A stretch of DNA of 64,000 nucleotides from Saprospiraceae bacterium (GTDB lineage Bacteria > Bacteroidota > Bacteroidia > Chitinophagales > Saprospiraceae), in NCBI GenBank assembly GCA_019694255.1, contig JAIBCI010000061.1:9952-73951 (forward strand). Reading direction: 5' to 3'. The notes below the pieces were generated by a model that saw only the letters and a list, made by a program, of their open reading frames with translations, was not told the origin of the DNA and did not search any database. Position numbers and translations under genes: made by a program. How positions within the stretch are numbered: position 1 is the stretch's first letter; the number at the start of each line of letters is the position of its first letter. Shown here piece by piece: positions 45,411 through 55,372 of the stretch.

Positions 45411-47099
45411 TTATTCCTGAACAATTACTTTGAGCGCGATGGATCCGCGGTAGCCATGTACGCTGATGATATAGACTCCCGGCGCCCATCCGTTGGTGAA
45501 AATTCGCATTCCCGAAAAACACCTGTTCGTCTGATAAACTTCACGTCCAAAAATATCCGTGACTTTTATTGACTCTACTTTCTCTTCAGCGGTCATGGTC
45601 AATACGAATGAACCACACGCAGGATTGGGCACCAACGTGAATTCATTCCGTTGCGGAGCATCATCAACCTGGCTTGTATTCCTGCAATCCCCGACATCCA
45701 GGCTGAATCCGATCTCCCTGTTCTTGTGGTCACCGCTGAGCGTATCCTGCGGGAGATATGCCTTGATATAATCCATTTGCACGCAGTCAGAGCGTACTTC
45801 AAAGCGCAGGTGTCCGGTACCGTCAACGGTGTCCGAGACGTATGCATCTGCATTGGCCAGCATACCGATCTGATAGGTCGAATCTGCAGCCATCGGCGCA
45901 GCGATATATTGTATGCCGTCAAGTTCTTCATGTGCAAAAACATGATCATGACCCTGTATAAACATCGTCACTTTGTTATCCACAAATAACTGGTGAATGG
46001 GCTTAGCCCAGCCAGGCCGATAGGTAGGAAATGTGTAATTGCCCTTTGAATTCTGGTAGCCTCCCCACTCATTGGTTTTGGCCAGAAGTACACCTCCACG
46101 GCCCTGTCCTCGAAGATGATGCGCAAATACAAATTTGAATTTGCTATTGCTCTCCTCAAGTGTTTTCTTTAACCAGCTATATTGCTTGAGTCCCAGTGTC
46201 CAGTTCCAGCCTTGCGGCTTCGGATCAAGGCTGTCATAGCTTTGCGTCCGGTACACGTCGAGGACCACAAACAATGCATCGCCCCAGGTCCATGCGAAAT
46301 AATTTTCGGGATGCTCAATGCCATAAGGTTCCATGGTCGTATTGCCTGTGTAAAAACCGTCGGGAAAGGGATTCGGATAATAATATTTCCTCCACAGAGT
46401 TGCCCGATAACATAAGTTATCCGGAGGACTTATACTTTGATAATAATCATTTTCACCTTCGTGATTTCCAAGACAGACGTAGAATGGAATGGAATGACAA
46501 ATGCTACCGAGTAAGGGCCTATAATCTCGGTGAAGTTCGTCCAGTTCACCTGAAGTGATAGTAAATGGTTCATGATCATCGCCGAAAATATCACCCAATG
46601 AAATTAAGAAATCTGGATCGTCCGCTGCCTGATTCTGTAAGGTGACGTTATACATACTCCGTATACCTTTTTTATCGTACAGATGTTCGTCTGCCTCCAC
46701 CGTAAAAACAAAGCTGCTTCCTTCTGCCCTTTGGGTCTGGAAATGAAATTGCGGCGATGCCACAAAACTTTTATCAGTCTTATATATCAATCGATAGAAA
46801 TACCTGCTATTGTGTCGTAATGGATGAATGAGTACATGTTGAGGATCATTTGCTGCAACGCTAAATATATCTGTCTTTCGATCATATGTAGTCGACGTTT
46901 CACCGTATTCCAGATAAAACTCTGCCTTCTGATCCATCATCACGCTGACCGTTATAGAGGTGTCTGTTGGCCGACCGAGTACAATGTTATAACCCTGCGA
47001 CAATCCCTTGCAAAAGCTTATCGATGTCATTATTATGATCATCGTTGATTTGATATTCATCAACCCTAATTTCATTTTCCGTTTATACTTTTCAGTCAT
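45411..47099 (-). CDS. Calcineurin-like metallophosphoesterase with T9SS-type C-terminal domain (paralog 2)
   Basis: 562 aa, colinear with paralog 1 (VEADEHL, SLGDIF, LGNHEGE, FAHH, QGHDHVF). The tail is LVPNPACGSFVLTM. ATG 47099 overlaps the upstream stop by 8 nt; an alternative start is 47075. Confidence 0.8.
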   Translation of the reverse strand: MTEKYKRKMKLGLMNIKSTMIIIMTSISFCKGLSQGYNIVLGRPTDTSITVSVMMDQKAEFYLEYGETSTTYDRKTDIFSVAANDPQHVLIHPLRHNSRYFYRLIYKTDKSFVASPQFHFQTQRAEGSSFVFTVEADEHLYDKKGIRSMYNVTLQNQAADDPDFLISLGDIFGDDHEPFTITSGELDELHRDYRPLLGSICHSIPFYVCLGNHEGENDYYQSISPPDNLCYRATLWRKYYYPNPFPDGFYTGNTTMEPYGIEHPENYFAWTWGDALFVVLDVYRTQSYDSLDPKPQGWNWTLGLKQYSWLKKTLEESNSKFKFVFAHHLRGQGRGGVLLAKTNEWGGYQNSKGNYTFPTYRPGWAKPIHQLFVDNKVTMFIQGHDHVFAHEELDGIQYIAAPMAADSTYQIGMLANADAYVSDTVDGTGHLRFEVRSDCVQMDYIKAYLPQDTLSGDHKNREIGFSLDVGDCRNTSQVDDAPQRNEFTLVPNPACGSFVLTMTAEEKVESIKVTDIFGREVYQTNRCFSGMRIFTNGWAPGVYIISVHGYRGSIALKVIVQE

Positions 47100-47598
47100 T
47101 CCTTTTTCGCTTTTTGTTATCAGGCCGGAAATAATCTTTGATCTCCTTTACGAGTCCTTCGAATTTTACCTGTTGGTCAGGAGTGCATATCGCCTTAAAA
47201 GATTTTGCCTGGTCTATTCTCAGCCATTCCATTTGTTCTTCATTAGCAGCCACTTCATGGGCCAGCCGATAGAGCAGTGTATCATTTGTGTTTTGATTGA
47301 ACATAATCAGATTCATGGAATCTCTCTTATCACGAATGAGCGAAGAGAGCTTTCTTTCCTTGCTGTAAAAATCTTCCCGAAGATTTTTAACAGCCACTTC
47401 CTGTTCATCACTCAATGCGAGTGCCTCTTTTAGAATGGCATGTACTTCTACATTGGAAGATTCTTTTTTATCTGTAAAACTGATTCCCCGTTTCTGAACC
47501 AGAATATTCCAAGCCAGGAAACTAAGTACCAAAAGATTGATAGCACTCAAACCTGTCACGAGGCGAATCAATAGTTTATTCTTAGAATAAATGTCCAT
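47092..47598 (-). CDS. Spy/CpxP-like periplasmic protein (LTXXQ motif family, often annotated as periplasmic heavy metal sensor)
   Basis: 168 aa with an N-terminal TM/signal (LLIRLVTGLSAINLLVLSFLAW). The two LTXXQ-like motifs are LSDEQEVAV and CTPDQQVKF. The position after an ECF sigma / small membrane protein pair is typical. Confidence 0.6.
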   Translation of the reverse strand: MDIYSKNKLLIRLVTGLSAINLLVLSFLAWNILVQKRGISFTDKKESSNVEVHAILKEALALSDEQEVAVKNLREDFYSKERKLSSLIRDKRDSMNLIMFNQNTNDTLLYRLAHEVAANEEQMEWLRIDQAKSFKAICTPDQQVKFEGLVKEIKDYFRPDNKKRKRND

Positions 47599-47600
47599 TG

Positions 47601-47915
47601 TCAGGGCACTTGAGCGATTATTAGAAACTGATTGGAAATTTCCTTGAGTTCTTCTTTTTGATAAACAAAATCTGGATACGGATCCAATTGTTTGGCAAAC
47701 ATTATAACCACCACAATATTCAGTATAAAAAGAAGCGTCAAACCTCCGTACCAGAAGCGGGTTGATTCATTATCAGATGGATTACTCCCTTTAATCTTCC
47801 GTAAAACCATATCTGTCAACTTCTCATTGTCAACCTGAGAAGCCACTTGATCGAACCAATCAAGTAGAGGCGGAGTGGGATTATCATGCGTTTTTTTCTT
47901 CATGTTGATATTCAA
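47601..47915 (-). CDS. Small single-pass membrane protein, candidate anti-sigma factor
   Basis: 104 aa with one TM (FWYGGLTLLFILNIVVVIMF). It sits between the ECF sigma gene and the LTXXQ gene, 2 nt from the latter. There is no recognisable zinc-binding anti-sigma motif. Confidence 0.4.
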   Translation of the reverse strand: MNINMKKKTHDNPTPPLLDWFDQVASQVDNEKLTDMVLRKIKGSNPSDNESTRFWYGGLTLLFILNIVVVIMFAKQLDPYPDFVYQKEELKEISNQFLIIAQVP

Positions 47916-48111
47916 TTGTGGTAATTAATTCATAGCATGGCATTAAATTAATCCACTAATAGTTAATTTCAATTTCCGTCATTAGTCCTTAACGAGGTTT
48001 CAAAAGCGATTCTTTTGATTATTATCTAATTGGCAAATCAAGATTCATTAACTATTTCCAGATCTTAGACGTAAATGGAATGCCGGATCAGGCACGCGAA
48101 ATGATTTTTTT

Positions 48112-48720
48112 TTAACGAAGGTACACTTGAAGCTTTGCCCTGGCTCTTTTAACGAGAGATTCCGACGCCTGGGTTGAAATTCCGAGAATTTCGCTAATCT
48201 CAAGGTGTGTATATCCCTGGATGTGACTAAGTGTATAAGCTATCCTTTGATGGTCAGGCAGGCGGCTCATGGCATACAGAATACGTTGGATACCTTCCTC
48301 ATTTTCAATCTGTTGATCCGGCCGCAGCGCACTATCGCACTCATCGGACAACAGGTTCCAACCTGCCTCCGAAATGAATTTGAAAAATTTTTGCCTGCGC
48401 TTTCGTCTTCTCAATTCATCCAGGCATCTGGATACCGTAATCCTGTAAATCCAAGTGGACAATCTGCATTCAGCTCTAAATTTTTTGATCGAATGGAATA
48501 TTTCAATAAATACTTCCTGGGCTATATCCTCCGCCATTGAAGAATCCAGAAGAAATTTGTAACAAGTCGAAAAAATAATTTGCTGGTATTCGTCCAAAAG
48601 CTTGGCGTAAGCTAACTCATTTCCAGACTGAAGATCAACAATAAATGACAAATCATCCCCGGTGACAGATTCTTGTTTACGCTGTGTGTAAAAGAGTGAT
48701 TTGTCTAACAAGAAATCCAT
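48112..48720 (-). CDS. ECF-type RNA polymerase sigma-70 family factor
   Basis: I prefer the start at ATG 48720 (MDFLLDKS...). Region 2 reads AEDIAQEVFIEIFHSIKKFRAECRLSTWIYRITVSRCLDELRRRKR. Region 4 contains the HTH YTHLEISEILGISTQASESLVKRARAKL. Confidence 0.85.
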   Translation of the reverse strand: MDFLLDKSLFYTQRKQESVTGDDLSFIVDLQSGNELAYAKLLDEYQQIIFSTCYKFLLDSSMAEDIAQEVFIEIFHSIKKFRAECRLSTWIYRITVSRCLDELRRRKRRQKFFKFISEAGWNLLSDECDSALRPDQQIENEEGIQRILYAMSRLPDHQRIAYTLSHIQGYTHLEISEILGISTQASESLVKRARAKLQVYLR

Positions 48721-48948
48721 TCCAGATCCAGAATATTGCACGAAGTTATAAGAATTGAAAGAATACGATGTACCCAATTTGTTTGGATATTTTTACCAGG
48801 ATAAGTCTGAAGGGTGGAGCGTTTTGTAAATTAAAAGGACGATGCATAGCATCTACAGCTTCTTTTTCTATTTCATTTTACGCAATTTAGGGCTTATTTA
48901 TATTGAAATTATCACTCCATCAGCACCGATTGCCCGCTCAACCTGAAG

Positions 48949-48956
48949 TAAATTTG
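48949..48956 (+). promoter_or_regulatory. Candidate -7 box (TAAATTTG) for the CoA-transferase gene
   Basis: Exact TAnnTTTG ending 16 nt upstream of ATG 48973, which implies a very short 5' UTR. Confidence 0.35.
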
Positions 48957-48972
48957 TGCAATACAGATTCAC

Positions 48973-50250
48973 ATGATCAAAGTTAGTGCAGAAGAAGCCG
49001 TCAATCACATTCAATCGGGGATGCGGGTGGTGGTGCAGGGCTCGGCAGCTACACCATTGGTGCTCACACGAGCCCTCGGTGCCCGGGCATCGCAATTGAA
49101 AAACGTTGAAATAGTCTCTCTCACGACACTGGGAGATATGGATCTCCTGGACGATCGATATCCCGACAGTTTTTATATCAATGCCCTATTTGTCTCAAGC
49201 AATACGCGTGAAGCGGTTAATGATGACCGTGGCGATTATGTTCCAGTATTTCTGAGCGAAATCAGTAGCTTATTCTACAGGGGTCTTTTGCCAGTTGATG
49301 CCGTGTTAATCCATTGCTCACCTCCGGATGAACATGGCTATTGTTCACTGGGCGTAAGTGTTGATATCATCAAATCTGCGATCAACGCTTCGCGAATCGT
49401 GATAGCCCAGATTAATCCGGCAATGCCCAGGACTCATGGCGATGGTTTTATTCATATCCGCCAGATCGACTTTCTGGTCGAAGTTAACCAGGCGCTTCCT
49501 GAAGTCAGCTATTCAAAGGAAATGACACCGGTGGATCTTCAGATCGCCCGACACTGCGCATCCGTTATAGAAGATGGCTCGACATTGCAAATGGGCATTG
49601 GTTGTGTACCGGATGCGGTGCTTCATGAACTGAGAAATCACAAGGATCTTGGAATTCACACCGAGATGTTTTCAGATGGCGTGATTGATTTGCTTGAATC
49701 CGGAGTGATCAATAACCGTTTTAAGAAAAAGCACCGGCAGAAAGTAGTGAGTACGTTTGCAATCGGCAGCCGGAGATTGTATGATTATATTGACAACAAT
49801 CCAATGTTTGCATTTTTGGAATCGGATTACGTCAATGACGCTTATGTCATTTCAAAAAACCCTAAAGTCTGTGCCATCAATAGTGCCATCGAGATTGATC
49901 TCACCGGTCAGGTATGTGCAGACTCAATTGGTTTCATACAGTATTCCGGCGTAGGCGGGCAGATGGATTTTATTCGCGGCGCAAGCCTTTCAGAAGGTGG
50001 CAAACCGATTATTGCCATGGCCAGCACCACACACAAAGGAGAAAGTAAAATAACGCCATTTCTGCGCAACGGGGCTGGTGTGGTCACAACACGCGCACAC
50101 GTGCATTATGTCATCACGGAATATGGTGTAACAAACCTGTTTGGAAAAAATCTTCTTCAGCGCGCCTACGCGCTGATTGACATCGCTCATCCTGATCACC
50201 GGGAAAATCTGGAGAAAGAAGCATTCAGACGCTTCGGACACAGACGGTGA
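48973..50250 (+). CDS. Acetyl-CoA hydrolase/transferase family protein (4-hydroxybutyrate / succinyl-CoA:acetate CoA-transferase type)
   Basis: 425 aa. Supporting segments are MIKVSAEEAVNHIQSGMRVVVQGSAATP, the LQMGIG context, INSAIEIDLTGQVCADS, GVGGQMDF and THVHYVITEYG. Confidence 0.9.
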   Translation: MIKVSAEEAVNHIQSGMRVVVQGSAATPLVLTRALGARASQLKNVEIVSLTTLGDMDLLDDRYPDSFYINALFVSSNTREAVNDDRGDYVPVFLSEISSLFYRGLLPVDAVLIHCSPPDEHGYCSLGVSVDIIKSAINASRIVIAQINPAMPRTHGDGFIHIRQIDFLVEVNQALPEVSYSKEMTPVDLQIARHCASVIEDGSTLQMGIGCVPDAVLHELRNHKDLGIHTEMFSDGVIDLLESGVINNRFKKKHRQKVVSTFAIGSRRLYDYIDNNPMFAFLESDYVNDAYVISKNPKVCAINSAIEIDLTGQVCADSIGFIQYSGVGGQMDFIRGASLSEGGKPIIAMASTTHKGESKITPFLRNGAGVVTTRAHVHYVITEYGVTNLFGKNLLQRAYALIDIAHPDHRENLEKEAFRRFGHRR

Positions 50251-50302
50251 TTGACATGGCATTCAATGAACAAAATCGATTCTTCACAATAATGCTTTTT
50301 TG

Positions 50303-51901
50303 ATGTCAAATTTTTGGATGTTTCTTGCGGGTATCGGATTCTTTCTTTACGGGATGGGACAACTCGAAATATTGCTCAGACAACTGCCCGGACGTTCATT
50401 CAAACTGTTTATAAAAAAGAATACAGGTAATCTTTTCAAATCAATACTAGCCTCTTCCGTGGTGACCGCAATTGTTCAGAGCAGTTCGATCGTATCGTTG
50501 ATCACCCTGTCTTTTGTTGAAGCCGGATTCATGCCATTTCGCAATGCGCTAGGAGTCATCCTCGGTGCCAATCTGGGCACAACCATGACAAGCTGGATAA
50601 TAGCACTCGTAGGATTCAAATTTGAACTGTTGGATTACACATTGCCGGTTATTGCTGTGAGCGCAATCGGCGCATTTCTGGCAGAACAACATGCCCGATT
50701 GCGCACAGTATTTGAGATTTGTTTTCAGATTGGCATGCTGTTCATGGGTATCCAGTTCATGAAGAATGGTGCCTTGGATCTAGCCAAAAACTTCGACCTG
50801 AATGCAATCGCAGGATTTGGGATTTGGATCTACGTTCTGACAGGATTTATCATGACGACGATCATCCAGTCCAGTAGTGCCACCGTAGCAATAGGATTGA
50901 CGGCCATTTATTCCGGTGTATTGGATTTCGGCAGCGCGGCCGGTCTGGTGATCGGATCGGAAGTAGGTACCACCGTCAAGACTTTATTATGGAGCCTTAG
51001 CGGAAGTGAGGACAAACGTAAAGTCGGATGGAGTAATTTTATCTTTAACATTTTCACAGGCATTCTTGCTTACATCTTCATTGGATGGTTTGACCGCGAA
51101 GTACATCTGCGGATTGCGGATCCGCTGATCGCACTGGTTAGTTTTCAGACACTGATAAACCTGGTATCAATCATTATTTTTATTCCGTTTGCAGGCTTGT
51201 TTTCCCGATGGATTGAAAAACTAATCACTGCAGGAGGTGAGCACACCTCCTCCTTAAGTGCGAGTCTTCCACGGCATGTTGAACTGGCAGGCGACGCCTT
51301 ACATGGTGAAGCCCGCAACCTTCTGAAGCGCTCACTTCGATTTTGTCACCTTGTTCTTTGCAGGGAGCAATCCACCGTGCATGAACAAAAAGATGCACTC
51401 GATATTGAGTACAAACTCCTCAAAAAATCAGAGGGGGATCTCAACAATTATTACTTCAGCATAACGCAACTCAAAGTAAATCCAAAGGATCATCAGGAGA
51501 TGATCAAGAGCCTCAGTGTCGTGAGAAGATGCATCTATGCTGTAAAATCAGTTAAAGGCATTCAGCATAACCTTGAAGATTTTGAATCTTCTCCGGATGA
51601 CCTGATGTACGGTCAAATCGATCTTATTCGCAATATGTGGAACAGCTTTGAAACAGAATTGACTGAATTACTGTCAGTGCTGGATGAGCAAAAATTGCAA
51701 CAGGAGACAGATAAACTATTGTCCGGGCGTTTTCAATGGAATGAAGAAAATAAAAACGAGCTTCTCAAAGCTTTGCATGAGAAAAGGCTGAGTGAATTGA
51801 ATGCATCTACACTGCTCAATGTCTACCGTGCACTGCTGTCTGCTAAAAAATCATTGATTCAAGCTGTCAGTGAACTGAACGGACATACAATTCGTGAGTA
51901 A
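50303..51901 (+). CDS. Na/Pi cotransporter family protein (NptA/YjbB-like) with PhoU-like helical C-terminal domain
   Basis: The duplicated QSSSxxxx motifs (VQSSSIVSLITLSFV and IQSSSATVAIGLTAI) are characteristic of Na/Pi-cotransporter II-related proteins. The ATG at 50303 follows the tracked TTG at 50300. Confidence 0.85.
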   Translation: MSNFWMFLAGIGFFLYGMGQLEILLRQLPGRSFKLFIKKNTGNLFKSILASSVVTAIVQSSSIVSLITLSFVEAGFMPFRNALGVILGANLGTTMTSWIIALVGFKFELLDYTLPVIAVSAIGAFLAEQHARLRTVFEICFQIGMLFMGIQFMKNGALDLAKNFDLNAIAGFGIWIYVLTGFIMTTIIQSSSATVAIGLTAIYSGVLDFGSAAGLVIGSEVGTTVKTLLWSLSGSEDKRKVGWSNFIFNIFTGILAYIFIGWFDREVHLRIADPLIALVSFQTLINLVSIIIFIPFAGLFSRWIEKLITAGGEHTSSLSASLPRHVELAGDALHGEARNLLKRSLRFCHLVLCREQSTVHEQKDALDIEYKLLKKSEGDLNNYYFSITQLKVNPKDHQEMIKSLSVVRRCIYAVKSVKGIQHNLEDFESSPDDLMYGQIDLIRNMWNSFETELTELLSVLDEQKLQQETDKLLSGRFQWNEENKNELLKALHEKRLSELNASTLLNVYRALLSAKKSLIQAVSELNGHTIRE

Positions 51902-51937
51902 GTGTTTCACAAATTTTATTGAGAAAATCCACCCTTG

Positions 51938-54253
51938 TTAATACAAACTAATAACCTTAATTGATTGCTTAAAACCATTGTGGTCCTGTACCGTCACCAA
52001 ATAACAACCCGCAGAAGCGAATTGTAGTTGAAAACTTTCTGACCCGTTGACTTCTGTGTTCAGTTCGCGCTCTTCGAGAATTACACCTCCTAATCCAATG
52101 CAACGAATTTGATATTTTCCTTTACTGTTCAGGTGAAGAATACACGTTCCGAATGACGGATTTGGCGTAATCTGAAATATTTCATGCAGCTTTTCATTGC
52201 TGGTATTGGAAGGACAAGAATTTGCTTTGCCAATCGTAGGATTTTTAAAATGCAATAGTTGCTGGTTACATCTACCGAATGACTCATCCTCCTGCAATTC
52301 TGGTATATCCAGTTCATCAATTAAGCTGCTGTCGTAATTGACCAGATGTATTTTTTCACCGGACCTGGATAATTTAAAGTTGGCGTGCAAGCCCGGATCA
52401 CTTCCATCTTCATCGGCCCAAACCACGAGATAAGACTGTCTACCGATAGAAGTATCTGGAAATCCCCATTTGAGTTTATTGCCTGAATTATCACTCAGGT
52501 ACAAACCAGATAAGGCAATCTTATCATCGCCGGGATTGTATATCTCGATCCAGTCATCAAAATCACCTTGCGGATCTGTAGCATAACTGCTATTCGAACT
52601 CATTGCTTCATTGATCAGCAGACCGCCATAGGAAACTTTGGTATATACCGGCGTTTGAGTAAAAAACTCATATTCCGCTCGCTGAGGCAACACTACGGCG
52701 ATACTTGCATTTTCAGCATAGATGTAATATTGAAGTCCGTACAAAGCCTTATAATGAATACTATTGCCATAGATCTGATTGGATGCCACACCGTCATCCG
52801 TAATACCATTGTCCTGCATTTCAATTCTGATAAATGGATCCGCGGGACTAAAGCGGTAATAGAGATAGACATTATCCGCATTGACAACTTTTGCAGTGAG
52901 TTGAAAAAATATGCTATCGCCAAAAACATTGGGCTGCGGAGTGTAGGATTCAATCGCAGGCTGGATAACATTCAGACTAACGTGTGATTTCAAAAAATCA
53001 CTTCGCTCTGTTGCAAACTTGGTTAGTCCGGGATATGTTTTAGCACCGTTAGGGCCGTTGTTGAGCGCATAATCATTATTGACATTAAGTTCAAAAGCAC
53101 TATCCGGGAAAAATTTATTCTTATCTGCGATGGCTGAAGAACGGATCAGATTTTGCCACTCCGTTGCCTTGGCCTTGTAAAAGTTATTGGCCTGTGTTTC
53201 GGTCATAATGGTCTTGAGATGCGCAAGGTATCTTTTCTTGTAAGATGGAATTGATAGTAGTTTTGAAATCAACGGTCTGTCAACATTGTTAAGATGCAAC
53301 AACGGATCCAGTGAGCGCATCTGCGCTATCGTGGCTTGTCCCTGACCAGTATTGGTAAATGCTCCGTAAAACTCATTCAGATCCCACATGATGGATTGGA
53401 AAATTCCATGATCATCCTCATACACGAGGTAATTATGCCCTGATCCGGAGTAACTGTCCAGATTGACAAAGAAGTTATTCAACGCAAGCATCCACAAAGC
53501 ACGATCGACGTTGAGTACCTGGTCAACAACCGTTACATTGTTATTGAGCCGGTTCATCATACTTAACAGCGAAGCCCAGCCGTAGTCCGACTGCAGTTCA
53601 TAGGCATTGTAATAACAGGCAGAGTCAGATGAGCTGTAGCGCAATGCAGACCCTGGATTGGCAGGCTGACAACTCCCAGGAACGGTAACTTGCTTATCCG
53701 TCCGGTCACATTGAAAAAATGCACCATCCGATGAATAAAATTTCCTGGACAAAAAATCAGAGGAGACTGCTTCAACATTGGTATACAGTCCGATATAGCT
53801 GTCATTGACATATACTTTCATAAAATTGGCCTGTGAAGCGGGTGTGTACTGCCTTGAAATGTAGTATCCCATCACCTCCCTGAGCATGCTCGGATCCATA
53901 AAGCAATTGGACAACTTGATCGTCTTATATCCCTGGTAATTTTGGTCAGATTTTACGTGATCCAGCTTAATATTGAATGGATTCTTATTACGCGTCGCGT
54001 TATATGTACTGTTCCCTTTGTATCGGATTCCTACACTGTCCATTTTCTGGCCATTTAACAGAATGTAAGAACATACCAGCCTCGCGTCAGAATCAGCAGA
54101 ATGCAACGAATCCAGTTTTTGATCCCAATTGGTGTAAGGAAAATAAATCTTCATTTCCTGAATACTGGTAGCCTCATAAAGGTCCTGGGCTCTCACCGTT
54201 ATGATGAAGCTCCCAGCCATCAAGCAAATCAGCCAATGATATAATTTGTTCAT
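51938..54253 (-). CDS. CotH-family protein with lamin-tail domain (LTD) and T9SS C-terminal domain
   Basis: 771 aa. It has a CotH-like core (IRYKGNSTY...FNIKLDHVKSDQNYQGYKTIKLSN...MLREVMGYYI), an LTD (LLINEAMSSNS...DDWIEIYNPGDDKIALSGLYLSDN) and a Por tail (ITPNPSFGTCILHL). Confidence 0.8.
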   Translation of the reverse strand: MNKLYHWLICLMAGSFIITVRAQDLYEATSIQEMKIYFPYTNWDQKLDSLHSADSDARLVCSYILLNGQKMDSVGIRYKGNSTYNATRNKNPFNIKLDHVKSDQNYQGYKTIKLSNCFMDPSMLREVMGYYISRQYTPASQANFMKVYVNDSYIGLYTNVEAVSSDFLSRKFYSSDGAFFQCDRTDKQVTVPGSCQPANPGSALRYSSSDSACYYNAYELQSDYGWASLLSMMNRLNNNVTVVDQVLNVDRALWMLALNNFFVNLDSYSGSGHNYLVYEDDHGIFQSIMWDLNEFYGAFTNTGQGQATIAQMRSLDPLLHLNNVDRPLISKLLSIPSYKKRYLAHLKTIMTETQANNFYKAKATEWQNLIRSSAIADKNKFFPDSAFELNVNNDYALNNGPNGAKTYPGLTKFATERSDFLKSHVSLNVIQPAIESYTPQPNVFGDSIFFQLTAKVVNADNVYLYYRFSPADPFIRIEMQDNGITDDGVASNQIYGNSIHYKALYGLQYYIYAENASIAVVLPQRAEYEFFTQTPVYTKVSYGGLLINEAMSSNSSYATDPQGDFDDWIEIYNPGDDKIALSGLYLSDNSGNKLKWGFPDTSIGRQSYLVVWADEDGSDPGLHANFKLSRSGEKIHLVNYDSSLIDELDIPELQEDESFGRCNQQLLHFKNPTIGKANSCPSNTSNEKLHEIFQITPNPSFGTCILHLNSKGKYQIRCIGLGGVILEERELNTEVNGSESFQLQFASAGCYLVTVQDHNGFKQSIKVISLY

Positions 54254-54358
54254 AAAGTTGAATATAGGTTAAAGTCCGGAAGTAAAATATTGTACTTATT
54301 TACCGCTGTTTCCAAACAGTCCGTGAAAATACCTTTTTCTTCTATATACTGCCAGAAC

Positions 54359-55369
54359 TTATCTTGTTAAACCCAGACTGTCTGCATTTTCCTTTAGATT
54401 GCTCTCTTTTTTTTGTTTCCTAAAATAGGAGCGCAATAAAAAATTGCTCTGCAGCGCTTTCATGTCTTCGGAAAAAAGGGCTGTTCCTTTTTCAATGTTC
54501 TGGATACTTCTGGTGATCCGATTAGCGGTGGCAGTGTCTCTCAGTATTGTATTTAAAGTTCCTTTGCTATTTTGTAATTCAGATTGAAGCTGACTCAGGT
54601 TTTCACTCAGCTGCCCGATCAGTTTCCTGGCATCTGCCTCTATCTGAATCAGATTATCGACCGTGTGCCGAGTACTCGAAGCCATGGCGGTATCCGTTAG
54701 CAAAGCAGCTAAAGTGCCTTTACCTTCTGAGATCATTCTGACTGTTCGCAACGCATCGGATGCAACAGTATTTGCTTTTTCAGCAGTCTCCCTGATTTGT
54801 CTGAATGTAATAGCCAGATTATCGGACATGGTAGAATCATTGAGTAAACGGTTGAGCTGACTACTGTTTCTAATTAGTTTCATTGTCATTTTGACTTCTT
54901 CCGTAATCTCTCCGATATTCTGATTGGACTGGTCTAACGTCCTCAGCATTGCTTCCGTATTGACTTCTTCCAGTGATCTGATATTTTCTCCGCCCTTCAA
55001 AAAAGGTGCATCCGCCGGACCAGGTGAAATATTGATGATCCGATTGCCAATCAAACCGTCTGTACCAACAGATGCCATTGCACTGGTTCGTATATAGTAT
55101 TTCATGCTGCTCTTTAGGCTCAGGTCAACTTTAATCGTGGAATCGTTGATCATTTCGATGGACTTGACATTGCCAATATCAATACCATTGTACCGCACAT
55201 TATTACCCGGTAGAAGTCCGTTAATGTTTCTGAAATGGGTGGTAATTAATAAACGACTGGAAAAAAAAGATCTGTTTTTACTCAACATGTAAAGAGCGAA
55301 AATAAGAATCAGCATTCCGGACAGGACGAACAATCCAAGCTTGATATTTTCTATTGGTTTGCGTTTCAT
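54359..55369 (-). CDS. MlaD/MCE-family protein (substrate-binding component of the Mla-like ABC system) with long helical C-terminus
   Basis: 336 aa with an N-terminal TM and an MCE domain (FRNINGLLPGNNVRYNGIDIGNVKSIE). Confidence 0.8.
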   Translation of the reverse strand: MKRKPIENIKLGLFVLSGMLILIFALYMLSKNRSFFSSRLLITTHFRNINGLLPGNNVRYNGIDIGNVKSIEMINDSTIKVDLSLKSSMKYYIRTSAMASVGTDGLIGNRIINISPGPADAPFLKGGENIRSLEEVNTEAMLRTLDQSNQNIGEITEEVKMTMKLIRNSSQLNRLLNDSTMSDNLAITFRQIRETAEKANTVASDALRTVRMISEGKGTLAALLTDTAMASSTRHTVDNLIQIEADARKLIGQLSENLSQLQSELQNSKGTLNTILRDTATANRITRSIQNIEKGTALFSEDMKALQSNFLLRSYFRKQKKESNLKENADSLGLTR

Positions 55370-55372
55370 AAT

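Noticed and set aside
47916-48111. ECF-type promoter (GAAAC ... spacer ... CG) between the sigma gene and the downstream six-gene unit
   Set aside because: The only candidate is TGAAACC-N17-CGG on the minus strand, with a poor -10 match and odd spacing. It is too weak to annotate without a known consensus for this sigma group.
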